DNA from: Eubacteriales bacterium
GTDB taxonomy: Bacteria > Bacillota > Clostridia > Oscillospirales > QAMX01
Reading direction: 5' to 3'
Length of the DNA stretch: 64,000 bases
NCBI GenBank assembly: GCA_045639125.1
Contig: JAZUCL010000010.1
Span: 36,213 to 100,212 of the forward strand
This document shows positions 10,759-19,950 of the stretch, piece by piece. Within the stretch, counting starts at the first letter, position 1; each line of letters starts with the position of its first letter. The notes below the pieces were generated by a model. It was not told where the DNA came from. It did not search any database and saw only the letters and a program-made list of their open reading frames with translations. A program made the translations under genes and the position numbers.

Positions 10759-10932
10759 TTACTTCTTTTTATACAGCACAAAGAAGATTACGCTAAACAA
10801 AAGTGGAAATATAATGCGGCCGTAATTCACACCGCCCACACCTCTTTGGGCAATCCCCTCAACAATATAGGGTATGCCTGTCAAAAAAGCAATTATGGCA
10901 ATAACAGAAACTATCAAATATACTTTTTTCAT
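10759..10932 (-). CDS. Unlisted 57-aa membrane peptide
   Basis: Not in the ORF track (<60 aa). ATG 10932 is preceded by GAAAGGAGA. Hand translation: MKKVYLIVSVIAIIAFLTGIPYIVEGIAQRGVGGVNYGRIIFPLLFSVIFFVLYKKK, with two hydrophobic helices. Stop TAA at 10759-10761. Confidence 0.45.
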   Translation of the reverse strand: MKKVYLIVSVIAIIAFLTGIPYIVEGIAQRGVGGVNYGRIIFPLLFSVIFFVLYKKK

Positions 10933-10987
10933 TGAAAATCTCCTTTCAAATTATCTTAATCGGAAATCTCACATATTTCAGATACTG

Positions 10988-11404
10988 TCAATTATTAAAA
11001 TACTTTGAAATTAAAGTAAGAATCTGCTCATTTGCTTTATAAACACCCTCATATGGAATTTCAATATATGTTTGAGCGTTTTCAGCATAAATAAAATACT
11101 GATAAGCACGATCCGGAGTCTCAACCACCACAGAATAGTACGGTCTTACTGCAGGATAATCATTTACACTCATCGTTCTCGTTGGTTGAGTGTTCTCGAT
11201 TTTCACCAAAAATTCGCTGAAATCAGCCGATTCAACCGTAGCGGAAAAATTGTCATTATCATTAAGTAAAATAGAGGTAACGGTTTCCAAATCGGGACAG
11301 ATAATCTGATCTGCTTTGGGAAATAAACGGTCAAAAACCAAATATGCACTTGGAACTGCAATAACAAACAAGGCGATTATTATAACAATGTATACTTTTT
11401 TCAC
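10988..11404 (-). CDS. Hypothetical exported or membrane-anchored protein
   Basis: 138 aa with an N-terminal signal/anchor MKKVYIVIIIALFVIAVPSAYLVF. No recognisable catalytic motif. Confidence 0.5.
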   Translation of the reverse strand: MKKVYIVIIIALFVIAVPSAYLVFDRLFPKADQIICPDLETVTSILLNDNDNFSATVESADFSEFLVKIENTQPTRTMSVNDYPAVRPYYSVVVETPDRAYQYFIYAENAQTYIEIPYEGVYKANEQILTLISKYFNN

Positions 11405-11495
11405 TGGTAATCCCCTTCACTCAATCCTCATTTTTCTAACTCAACTACATTTTACCATAAAACTCTCCAAAAATAAATACCCAATAACGAAGAAA

Positions 11496-11520
11496 GAGGT
11501 ATAGCCTTTGGCCATACCTC
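11496..11520 (-). terminator. Possible terminator downstream of rpsU
   Basis: Hairpin GAGGTATAGCC-TTT-GGCCATACCTC (one mismatch). On the minus strand it is followed by UUUCUUCGUU. Confidence 0.4.
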
Positions 11521-11574
11521 ATCCTATACATATCTTGTTTTGCATCGTCTTAACTCACGTTAAGGCAGTAGTTC

Positions 11575-11760
11575 TTAATACTTGAACTTCTTGCTCTTTG
11601 CACGTGCTGCTTCAGACTTTTTACGACGCTTAACGCTGGGGCTCTCGTAGTGCTCTCTCTTGCGGAGCTCGGAAAGCACGCCCGCTTTTGCGCAGGAACG
11701 CTTAAATCTTCTAAGCGCATTGTCCAAGGACTCGCCTTCTTTTACGCGGACTTCTGACAT
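11575..11760 (-). CDS. rpsU: 30S ribosomal protein S21
   Basis: 61 aa, very basic; LRRFKR...[14 protein letters not shown]. Strong G-rich RBS. Confidence 0.9.
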   Translation of the reverse strand: MSEVRVKEGESLDNALRRFKRSCAKAGVLSELRKREHYESPSVKRRKKSEAARAKSKKFKY

Positions 11761-11864
11761 AATTTTCCCTCCCCCCGCGCAGCGACTATCGCTGCTGCTT
11801 GTGAATCAAATCATATTTTGTACTTAAAGCACACAATATGGATATAACAAATACGCTACAATAT

Positions 11865-11893
11865 ATTATATTAAAACAATTTCGATTTGTCAA
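11865..11893 (-). promoter_or_regulatory. Consensus sigma-A promoter for rpsU
   Basis: Minus strand: TTGACA (11893-11888), 17-nt spacer, TATAAT (11870-11865). Lies immediately after the leuS stop. Confidence 0.6.
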
Positions 11894-11901
11894 GTAAAAT
11901 A

Positions 11902-14304
11902 TTACTTTATAACAATATTTACTATCTTATTCTTGATAACAATCGTTTTTACGATTGTTTTACCCTCAATTGCCTCGCTGACTTTTGCGTCTGCGGTAGC
12001 AGTTGCGATAACTTCTGCCTCGTCTGCATCGGCAGGAACTACGATAACACCTTTAAGTTTACCGTTGACCTGAACAGCAACCTCAACAGATGCGTCAACT
12101 GTCTTTGCTTCATCGTATACAGGCCACTGTGCAACTGCACAGAGGTCTGTATTGCCTATAGACTCCCACAGTTCTTCGCAAAGGTGGGGTGCAAACGGGC
12201 AAAGGAGGCGAACGAATATGCTAAGTTCGTCACGAGTCAGTGAACCTTCGTCGTAGATAGAGTTGATAAGAGTCATAAGTGCCGCAATTGCCGTATTGAA
12301 CTTCATTTCCTCTATATCTTCTGATACTTTCTTAATTGTCTTATGGAATGCGGACTCAAGTTTTGCAGTTATGCCATCGCCGGATACCATATCACCAAGA
12401 CCTGCCACACGCTCCAAGAATCTCTTACAACCCTTAACTGAACTGTCGTTCCAGGGAGCAGCGGAAGCGTAGTCACCCATAAAGAGAATATAAACACGAA
12501 GTACGTCTGCACCGTATACGTCGATTACGTCGTTGGGGTCGATAACATTACCCTTGGACTTGGACATCTTATCGCCGTCAGGACCGAGAATAAGGCCCTG
12601 TGCGGTACGCTTTGCATACGGCTCTGCAGTATTGACAACGCCAATATCGTAGAGGAAATGATGCCAGAAACGAGAATAAATCATGTGACGAGTAACGTGT
12701 TCCATACCTCCGTTGTACCAGTCAACAGGCATCCAGTACTCAAGTGCTTCCTTGGAAGCAAGAGCGTTTTCATTCTTCGGGTCACAGTAACGCAGGAAGT
12801 ACCAAGAAGAACCTGCCCACTGAGGCATAGTATCGGTCTCACGTTTCGCCGCACCACCACATTTTGGACAAGTGCAGTTTACGAAAGAATCAATCTTTGC
12901 AAGAGGCGACTCGCCACCCTCACCGGGTACGAAATTCTCAACGTCGGGCAATCTCAAGGGAAGTTCCTCATAAGGTACACCGACCATACCGCAGGTGGGA
13001 CAATGGATAATCGGAATTGGCTCGCCCCAATATCTCTGACGGTTGAACGCCCAGTCTTTCATCTTGTACTGTACGCCCTTCTCGCCTACGCCCTTTTCCT
13101 CTAAGTAAGTAAGCATCTTGGCAATTGCCTCTTTCTTTGTGGCAATGCCGTTTAAGAAGTCGGAGTTGACCATTTCGCCGTCGCCTGTATAAGCAGTTTT
13201 GTTAATATCGCCGCCTTTGATGACCTCGATAATGTCGATACCGAACTTTTTAGCAAATTCATAGTCACGGTCGTCATGTGCAGGAACAGCCATGATTGCA
13301 CCTGTGCCGTAACCCATCATAACATAGTCGGAAATGTAAATTGGAATTTCCTTGCCGTTTGCAGGATTGATTGCAGTAAGACCGTTGATACAAACACCTG
13401 TCTTATCCTTGACAAGTTGGGTACGTTCAAACTCAGTCTTCTTTGCACATTCTTCTTTATATGCCTCAAGTGCATCCATATTGGTGATGCGGTCGCTATA
13501 CTTTTCGATGATAGGATGCTCAGGTGCGATAACCATAAATGTTACGCCGAACATCGTATCGGGACGTGTAGTATAGATACGAAGGCTATCGTCAGTGCCT
13601 GCAATCTTAAAGTTTACAAATGCACCTTCGCTTCTGCCGATCCAGTTCTCCTGCTGCATCTTAACGCTGGGCAGGTAGTCTACGTCAGCAAGACCGTTAA
13701 GAAGTTTATCTGCATACGCAGTGATACGAAGATACCATACGTCTTTTGTTTTCTGTACGATATCATTGTGGCAGATATCGCACTTACCACCCTGAGAGTC
13801 CTCGTTGGAAAGAACAACTTTACAGTGGGGGCAATAGTTTACAAGGGTAGTTGCACGGAATACAAGACCCTCATCGAACATCTTGCGGAAAATCCACTGT
13901 GTCCACTTGTAGTAGCCTTCTTCCGTGGTATCAATAACACGGTCCCAATCGAAAGAGTAGCCTACACGTTTAAGCTGGGAAGTGAATTTTTCGATATTCA
14001 TATCGGTAACTTTACGGGGATGGATACCTGTCTTAACGGCATAGTTCTCAGTAGGCAGACCATAAGCATCAAAACCTATGGGGAACAATACGTTATAGCC
14101 TTCCATACGGCGTTTACGGCCGATAACTTCCATTCCGGAGTACGCCTTGATATGACCTACGTGCATACCTGCACCACTTGGATATGGGAATTCTACAAGT
14201 CCGTAGAACTTCTTCTTTGAACGGTCTTCAGTTGCCTTGAACACCTGTTCATTATCCCAACGTGCCTGCCATTTAGGTTCAATCGCTTTGAAATCGTGTT
14301 TCAT
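11902..14304 (-). CDS. leuS: Leucyl-tRNA synthetase
   Basis: 800 aa with the class-I motifs HVGH and KMSKSKGN plus a CP1 editing insertion. No T-box; only 22 nt separate it from rsfS. Confidence 0.95.
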   Translation of the reverse strand: MKHDFKAIEPKWQARWDNEQVFKATEDRSKKKFYGLVEFPYPSGAGMHVGHIKAYSGMEVIGRKRRMEGYNVLFPIGFDAYGLPTENYAVKTGIHPRKVTDMNIEKFTSQLKRVGYSFDWDRVIDTTEEGYYKWTQWIFRKMFDEGLVFRATTLVNYCPHCKVVLSNEDSQGGKCDICHNDIVQKTKDVWYLRITAYADKLLNGLADVDYLPSVKMQQENWIGRSEGAFVNFKIAGTDDSLRIYTTRPDTMFGVTFMVIAPEHPIIEKYSDRITNMDALEAYKEECAKKTEFERTQLVKDKTGVCINGLTAINPANGKEIPIYISDYVMMGYGTGAIMAVPAHDDRDYEFAKKFGIDIIEVIKGGDINKTAYTGDGEMVNSDFLNGIATKKEAIAKMLTYLEEKGVGEKGVQYKMKDWAFNRQRYWGEPIPIIHCPTCGMVGVPYEELPLRLPDVENFVPGEGGESPLAKIDSFVNCTCPKCGGAAKRETDTMPQWAGSSWYFLRYCDPKNENALASKEALEYWMPVDWYNGGMEHVTRHMIYSRFWHHFLYDIGVVNTAEPYAKRTAQGLILGPDGDKMSKSKGNVIDPNDVIDVYGADVLRVYILFMGDYASAAPWNDSSVKGCKRFLERVAGLGDMVSGDGITAKLESAFHKTIKKVSEDIEEMKFNTAIAALMTLINSIYDEGSLTRDELSIFVRLLCPFAPHLCEELWESIGNTDLCAVAQWPVYDEAKTVDASVEVAVQVNGKLKGVIVVPADADEAEVIATATADAKVSEAIEGKTIVKTIVIKNKIVNIVIK

Positions 14305-14326
14305 ACTATATCAATCCTTTTTATGA

Positions 14327-14713
14327 TTATTTTCCCTCAGTAATTGTTTTTTTCGGTGCATCAGACCATAGACGTTCAAGAGAATAGAACTGTCTTGAAT
14401 CACGATGGAATGCGTGAACGACCATAAAGCCGTAATCAACTAAAATCCAAGTAGCAGACTCATATCCCTCAATGTGATGAGGTCTAAGTCCGTACTTTTC
14501 TTCCATAAGACGCTCCACTTCCTCTGACAACGTCTTTAAGTGGGTATTTGACGTACCTGTGCAGACGATGAAGTAGTCAGCGATAGATGTCAAATCACGC
14601 ACGTGCATTGTTTCAATATCAAGTGCACGTTTCTCCTCCAAAATACGTGTCACGTCAGCAACTATAGTTTCGATTTCCTGTTCTGTTAAATTCTTTTTGT
14701 CCATATTATTCAC
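14327..14713 (-). CDS. rsfS: Ribosomal silencing factor RsfS (iojap family)
   Basis: 128 aa; DYFIVCTGTSNTH and VDYGFMVVHAF, the typical RsfS pattern. Conserved nadD-yqeK-rsfS-leuS neighbourhood. Confidence 0.9.
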   Translation of the reverse strand: MNNMDKKNLTEQEIETIVADVTRILEEKRALDIETMHVRDLTSIADYFIVCTGTSNTHLKTLSEEVERLMEEKYGLRPHHIEGYESATWILVDYGFMVVHAFHRDSRQFYSLERLWSDAPKKTITEGK

Positions 14714-14727
14714 CTTTCAAATTGCAG

Positions 14728-15714
14728 TTATTTTGCAATATTAAGTTCGGTTATTTCTTCAATATACGGATTAAAATGCTCATTTATAAGACTCAGTACT
14801 TCGCTCTTATTTGCAACAAAGTCTGCCCCCACGCCTCTGCCGGGCAATGTATAAGTTGTTACATTTTCAAAATCAAGGGATACGGCTTTCATACCAAGCC
14901 ATAGCATCTGTGAAAAGCCGATATCAGTTTCAACATCTGACGTAACAACATTTATAAGTTGCGGAATAAGTGCGACTGCAGAGGGTGTCATAAGTTTCTG
15001 TGCCACAGCCTTATACAGTTTCTGCTGTGCACGAATCCTTCCTAAATCCTCGTCAGCATAACCGTCACGAAAACGCATATATTTTAGTGCATTTTCACCG
15101 TCAAGTGTCTGAACGCCCGCTTTTATGTCGATAACAAGGTCTTGGTCAGGGTCAAAATAGTACATATCTCTATCTACTTCCACCTCAACACCACCTATTA
15201 CATCAATAAGGCGTTCAAATACACTATAATTTAATACAACATAATTGTCTGGATAAAAACCAACAGTATTTTGTATTTCCTCAAGCATACGATCCATGCC
15301 TTTATTGTGGGCAGCGTTGATTTTATGCGTTTTCCCGTTTGCCATGTATGAGCGAGTGTCTCGTGGGATATTGAGAAGTGATATTTCGCCACTTTCCAAA
15401 TCAAGAGATACAAGTACAATAGTATCTGTACGAGTCATATCAATATCCATGCCTGCCACAAGGCAAGTATAAAAATTGTCCTTACGATTTTCCGCTGTTG
15501 TCAACGGACTTTCTCCATTCGGGATTCCGGGCATTACAAGTTCAGCAACAGTGTCTGACTTTGACAATTCGATTTTAGAAAGTGCATTTGGTGACATAGT
15601 CGCCAATGTATAGATACATATACACACAGCACACAATGATAAAAAAGTCAGTAATGTCAATAATGGACCATGACTTGCAAAGCCTTTCAAATCACGATAT
15701 TTTACATATCTCAT
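14728..15714 (-). CDS. LytR-CpsA-Psr (LCP) family cell-wall polymer transferase
   Basis: 328 aa with an N-terminal TM helix. TDTIVLVS, LNIPRDT, KINAAH and RFRDGYADEDLGR motifs. Confidence 0.8.
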   Translation of the reverse strand: MRYVKYRDLKGFASHGPLLTLLTFLSLCAVCICIYTLATMSPNALSKIELSKSDTVAELVMPGIPNGESPLTTAENRKDNFYTCLVAGMDIDMTRTDTIVLVSLDLESGEISLLNIPRDTRSYMANGKTHKINAAHNKGMDRMLEEIQNTVGFYPDNYVVLNYSVFERLIDVIGGVEVEVDRDMYYFDPDQDLVIDIKAGVQTLDGENALKYMRFRDGYADEDLGRIRAQQKLYKAVAQKLMTPSAVALIPQLINVVTSDVETDIGFSQMLWLGMKAVSLDFENVTTYTLPGRGVGADFVANKSEVLSLINEHFNPYIEEITELNIAK

Positions 15715-15717
15715 GCT

Positions 15718-17076
15718 TTAGCCGTTGACACCACCTGTCAGTTCATTATTTGGTACAGGGCGAAGCCAATCCGGCATTTCGGAATTTACATTGTCGGTTG
15801 ATGTTTGAGGCGGTGTTTCGGGAACATCTACCGGTACATTGGGATCTACTGGCACGTTTGGATCTACCGGTTCGTTTGGATCTACTGGCACGTTTGGATC
15901 TATCGGTTCGTTTGGATCTACCGGTTCGTTTGGATCCACTGGCACGTTTGGATCTATCGGTTCGTCAGGATCTACTACCGACACTGTTGGCGATGTTGCC
16001 TTTGTTGTACCAGCAGGTGCTGAAGCAAGATTTAATTTAGTAATTTCCTCAACATAAGGGTTGAAACTTTCGTTTACAAGTTTCAAAATTCCACTTTTAC
16101 TTGGAATTACAAAGGAAACGCCGTTTATATATCGTGCGGTGCTTGGAAGTGTTTCTGTCAAAATACTCTCAGTATCCATGGTGATATACGTGGCACCAAG
16201 CCAAATTATTTCGCCTAATGTCAAGTCTGTTTCAATGTTGTTGACAACGACTTCGGCAAGTGCAGGTATTTTCAAAAGAGTTGACGGTGTAGCCACCTGT
16301 TTGATAACAGTCTTATAAAACTCCTGCTGTGCGGAAATTCTGTCTAAGTCCGCATTGGAGTAGCCTTTACGAAATCTCATATAACCAAGAGCCTGCTCAC
16401 CTGTAAGTGTTTGTTCACCCGGTTGTAAGTCAATGAGAAGGTCTTGGTCAGGGTCACGATAATACATACGTCTTGGGACATTGAACTTTACGCCACCTAA
16501 AGCGTCAATAATTTCTTCAAATGCATTGAAACTTAGGATTGCGTAGCGGTCAATTTCAAAACCTAAAAGGTTTTTCAGTTCAACTTTTGTACGTTCAATA
16601 CCATAGTTAAATGCGGCATTGATTTTACCTGAACCGCCTCTCTTTGTCTTTGACATTGTATCTCGTGGTACGTTAAGCATGGAAACGGTCTTATTCTTCG
16701 TATCAAAAGTCGCAACAATAATTGTATCGGTACGGGTTCCACCTTTGTCAGTACCGGCAATTACCATTGTCAAAAAACCGTCTTTACGATTAGCGTCTGA
16801 TACGTCAATCTCCTCACCCTGTGCAAACACGTCTTCCGCAGAATTTACAACGGCGGCTGTCGTCTTTGATGGCAATGGAACAGGGTCAGTGTTAGGGCGT
16901 TGCGGACGTTGTGACGGTTGTTGAATATATAGCACAAAATAGGCAGAAATAAGTGCCGCAATTGCCAAAATCAGTGCAATAATTGCAATAAGTAACTTCA
17001 TAGATACGGACATTTTTTTCTTGTTAGGCGTTACATCAGGGTTATTCCCCTGCTTCTTTCCTCCGTATAACTTCAT
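15718..17076 (-). CDS. LCP family protein with a C-terminal proline-rich repeat tail
   Basis: 452 aa with a TM helix and an LCP core (TDTIIVAT, LNVPRDT, RFRKGYSNADLDR). The tail is (D-P-N-V/E-P-V/I)n. ATGA overlap with yqeK. Confidence 0.8.
   Translation of the reverse strand: MKLYGGKKQGNNPDVTPNKKKMSVSMKLLIAIIALILAIAALISAYFVLYIQQPSQRPQRPNTDPVPLPSKTTAAVVNSAEDVFAQGEEIDVSDANRKDGFLTMVIAGTDKGGTRTDTIIVATFDTKNKTVSMLNVPRDTMSKTKRGGSGKINAAFNYGIERTKVELKNLLGFEIDRYAILSFNAFEEIIDALGGVKFNVPRRMYYRDPDQDLLIDLQPGEQTLTGEQALGYMRFRKGYSNADLDRISAQQEFYKTVIKQVATPSTLLKIPALAEVVVNNIETDLTLGEIIWLGATYITMDTESILTETLPSTARYINGVSFVIPSKSGILKLVNESFNPYVEEITKLNLASAPAGTTKATSPTVSVVDPDEPIDPNVPVDPNEPVDPNEPIDPNVPVDPNEPVDPNVPVDPNVPVDVPETPPQTSTDNVNSEMPDWLRPVPNNELTGGVNG
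15824..15972 (-). repeat. About 8 tandem 18-bp units (GGATCTACYGGYWCGTTT on the + strand) encoding PNxPxD hexapeptides
   Basis: Units read directly at 15842, 15860, 15878, 15896, 15914, 15932 and 15950, plus degenerate flanking units. All are in frame inside the LCP gene. Confidence 0.85.
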
Positions 17077-17669
17077 TCTTGCTCAACCTTTCTATTGTGC
17101 ATAACTTCTTTTATTAACGTATTACGTGCAAGGACTGTATCTGGGTGAAGCACTCCGTTTTTTTCAAGTGTATGGAAGATTGTATATCGAAATGCCGCAA
17201 TCAAAGCATAGTCAATAGATGACTGTGCCAACTGGCGTATTTCCTCTACGCCGGGGTGCGTTCTATTTGGCTCAATACAATCTGCAAGACAGACAATTTT
17301 ATCAAATAGTGTCATATACTCACTGCCGGTGGAATGATAGCGTATAGCATTTACAATTTCATCGTCTGCACCAAATTGTCGGCGTGCAAGTTCTGCTCCT
17401 GTGACTGCATGAAGTAGTGCCGGCTCATCTAATGTGGTATCATCGACTATTATATCCCAATCTTCAATGGTTTTCAACTGTTTTTCCTTACTATATTCTT
17501 TTGTTACATCATGAAGTAGTGCTGCAATTCGTACCTTTTCCACATCAGCACCAAATCGAATTGCCAACTCCTCTGCTGCTTGAATACAGCCTCTTGTGTG
17601 TTTCATTCGCTTTTCGCTCAGTGTATCATCAACGTATTTGTATATCGCCTCGTAATTCATTGTTATCAT
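17073..17669 (-). CDS. yqeK: HD-domain bis(5'-nucleosyl)-tetraphosphatase YqeK
   Basis: Start set at ATG 17669 (or 17660), just after the nadD TAG at 17671-17673; the longer track ORF overlaps nadD. HD motif LLHDVTKE. Confidence 0.8.
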   Translation of the reverse strand: MITMNYEAIYKYVDDTLSEKRMKHTRGCIQAAEELAIRFGADVEKVRIAALLHDVTKEYSKEKQLKTIEDWDIIVDDTTLDEPALLHAVTGAELARRQFGADDEIVNAIRYHSTGSEYMTLFDKIVCLADCIEPNRTHPGVEEIRQLAQSSIDYALIAAFRYTIFHTLEKNGVLHPDTVLARNTLIKEVMHNRKVEQE

Positions 17670-17670
17670 C

Positions 17671-18279
17671 CTATATACAATTATAAAGTCCGTTTTTATG
17701 AATGTACTCATAGACATTGTCAGGCACATACAACGCACCTTCGCCATCGTCAAGTATGTTTCTAAGTTGTGTACTTGATACAGGAAGTGCATCACAGTCT
17801 ACAACATGGATTGTCGCACTGTATTCGTCATGCAGACGGTTTTTCACTTCAAGTATCTTCTGCCTGTCGTCATGGCCACGAGCGACAACGGCAACAGATG
17901 CAATACTCATTATCTCCTGTGGCTGATACCAACTGTCAAGAGTTTCAAACATATCAGTACCCATAATGAGCCATAAAGTATCCTTTGGATACTTTTCCTT
18001 TAGTTTTTTAAGAGTTTTAACTGTATAACTCTTTCCCTCACTGTACAGTTCAACAGACGAAACCTCTGCCCAAGAATAAGACGAAACGGCAAGTGAAATC
18101 ATTTCAAATCTTTGATTGGGTGTCGCACTGTTTTCAGGAAGGTTCTTGTGTGGTGGGTCTTTTGCAGGAATAAATATTACTTTATCAAGAGACAGAGATT
18201 TCTGTGCCTCACTTGCAGCATGGAGATGCCCCACATGTGGCGGGTTGAATGTACCTCCAAAAATACCGATTTGTGCCAC
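17671..18279 (-). CDS. nadD: Nicotinate-nucleotide adenylyltransferase
   Basis: IGIFGGTFNPPHVGH (HxGH nucleotidyltransferase motif); 202 aa. Confidence 0.9.
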   Translation of the reverse strand: MAQIGIFGGTFNPPHVGHLHAASEAQKSLSLDKVIFIPAKDPPHKNLPENSATPNQRFEMISLAVSSYSWAEVSSVELYSEGKSYTVKTLKKLKEKYPKDTLWLIMGTDMFETLDSWYQPQEIMSIASVAVVARGHDDRQKILEVKNRLHDEYSATIHVVDCDALPVSSTQLRNILDDGEGALYVPDNVYEYIHKNGLYNCI

Positions 18280-18296
18280 AAAATCCCACCCTTTAA

Positions 18297-18593
18297 TTAA
18301 AGTTTAATTCTTTTTTCTTTTGGAATATTACGATTTTCACGATACAGTACAAGTTTTGCACCGATTACCTGTGCTACTTCGCTGTTTGTTGCCTCACTCA
18401 ATTCTATAGCAGCCTCTGCTGCAGTCATAAATGCAGTTTCAAGCACCTTAATTTTTACGATTTCTCTTGCTTTTAACGCATCATTTACCTGTTCAATAAG
18501 GTTTTCAGAAATACCGCCTTTTCCCACTTGTAATATAGTATCAATATTTGAAGCGATTGCTCTCAAAGTTGCTCTCTGTTTACTCGTTAGCAT
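18297..18593 (-). CDS. yhbY: RNA-binding CRM-domain protein YhbY
   Basis: 98 aa; LTSKQRATLRA...VGKGGISENL...EIVKIKV. Confidence 0.85.
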   Translation of the reverse strand: MLTSKQRATLRAIASNIDTILQVGKGGISENLIEQVNDALKAREIVKIKVLETAFMTAAEAAIELSEATNSEVAQVIGAKLVLYRENRNIPKEKRIKL

Positions 18594-19191
18594 CTAATTC
18601 ACCTTTTCTATGTTTTAATTCCTCCACAAAAAGAGTAAGTGCGTTGCCTCTGTGGGAGATCCTGTTCTTCTCCTCTGCCGTAATCTCTGAGTATGTCTTA
18701 TTGAGATGTGGTACAAGGAAACATGGGTCATAGCCAAATCCACCATCTCCACGACATTCATTGATTATCTCGCCACGGCAAACACCTCGTACAGTAAATG
18801 CCGTATTGTCATCAAGTACGCAGGCAATTGCACATACAAATTGTGCACCACGACTTTTGTCATCGCTACGTTCCATTTCACGCCATACCTTTTCGATACG
18901 GTCAAGGTCAGTGGCATTATCACCTGCATATCTTGCAGAGTATACGCCCGGTGCACCATTTAGTGCATCTATTTCAAGTCCTGAGTCATCTGCCATTGCA
19001 GCAATACCGGTTGCTTCGTATACTGTACGAGCCTTTATCATGGCGTTTTCTTCAAATGTAGTTCCATTTTCCTCTATTTCCATAGATAACCCTGCATCTT
19101 TCATTGACAGGAGTGTTACTCCGCTACCTGAAAGAATTGCACGAAGTTCCGTCAATTTATGTGCATTGTTTGTTGCCGCAATCAGTTTCAT
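18580..19191 (-). CDS. rdgB: Non-canonical purine NTP (XTP/dITP) pyrophosphatase
   Basis: Ham1 family; ATNNAHKLTE, GFGYDP, SHRG. Overlaps rph by ATGA. Confidence 0.85.
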   Translation of the reverse strand: MKLIAATNNAHKLTELRAILSGSGVTLLSMKDAGLSMEIEENGTTFEENAMIKARTVYEATGIAAMADDSGLEIDALNGAPGVYSARYAGDNATDLDRIEKVWREMERSDDKSRGAQFVCAIACVLDDNTAFTVRGVCRGEIINECRGDGGFGYDPCFLVPHLNKTYSEITAEEKNRISHRGNALTLFVEELKHRKGELDANE

Positions 19192-19925
19192 ACAGACTCC
19201 TCAATAATACGTTTTTGTAGTTCGATAACTTCAAATAGTTTTGGAACTGTCAATGCAAGAATACCACTAAGTTCATCTTGTGTGTAAGCACGTCCCTCAC
19301 CTGTACCTTGAAGTTCTGCAAATGCACCTGAACCTGTCATGACTACATTAAAGTCAACCTCTGCACTGCTGTCCTCAATGTAATTCATATCAACACAGAT
19401 ACTGTCGATACCCTTTTGACGAACTATTCCTGTACTAAGGGCAGCAATAGTGTCAAAGATTGGATCGTTTGTAAGAACTCCTCTGTCATACAGTCGTTTA
19501 CAAGCAATTGCCATAGCAACATAACCGCCTGTAATTGATGCACAACGTGTACCTCCATCAGCCTGAATTACATCGCAGTCAATTGTGATAGTATTCTCTC
19601 CAAGTTTTGACAAGTCAATAACACTTCGCAGAGAACGACCGATAAGACGTTGAATTTCTGCACTTCTTCCTGAAAGTTTCAACTTGGATATGTCACGAGG
19701 AGAACGATTTTTGTTAGCACTTGGAAGCATATTGTACTCTGCTGTAACCCAGCCTGTACCTGTACCTTTAAGGTGCCGTGGTACGCCTTCCTCAAAACTT
19801 GCCGTACATATTACCCATGTATCACCCTGTTTGATAAGAACACTACCATCTGCATACTTAGTGTAATTAGGGATAATATCCAAAGGACGAAGTTCGTCAC
19901 ACGCTCTCATATCTACTCTACTCAT
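19188..19925 (-). CDS. rph: Ribonuclease PH
   Basis: 245 aa; GRSAEIQRLIGRSLR, DCDVIQADGGTR. Confidence 0.9.
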   Translation of the reverse strand: MSRVDMRACDELRPLDIIPNYTKYADGSVLIKQGDTWVICTASFEEGVPRHLKGTGTGWVTAEYNMLPSANKNRSPRDISKLKLSGRSAEIQRLIGRSLRSVIDLSKLGENTITIDCDVIQADGGTRCASITGGYVAMAIACKRLYDRGVLTNDPIFDTIAALSTGIVRQKGIDSICVDMNYIEDSSAEVDFNVVMTGSGAFAELQGTGEGRAYTQDELSGILALTVPKLFEVIELQKRIIEESV

Positions 19926-19950
19926 ATTATTACACCTTCCTAGAATTCAG

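Noticed and set aside
13276-14220. 314-aa + strand ORF, along with 12658-13104 and 11887-12243, inside leuS
   Set aside because: These are antisense shadows of a well-supported 800-aa leuS. The translations are Cys/Phe-rich and low-complexity, with no RBS and no motifs.
15824-15972. Regular 18-bp repeats considered as a possible CRISPR or minisatellite
   Set aside because: There are no spacers and the units are contiguous and in frame within an LCP gene. It is a coding tandem repeat. The 21-bp repeat at 29010-29050 has only two copies and also no spacers. No cas genes are present.
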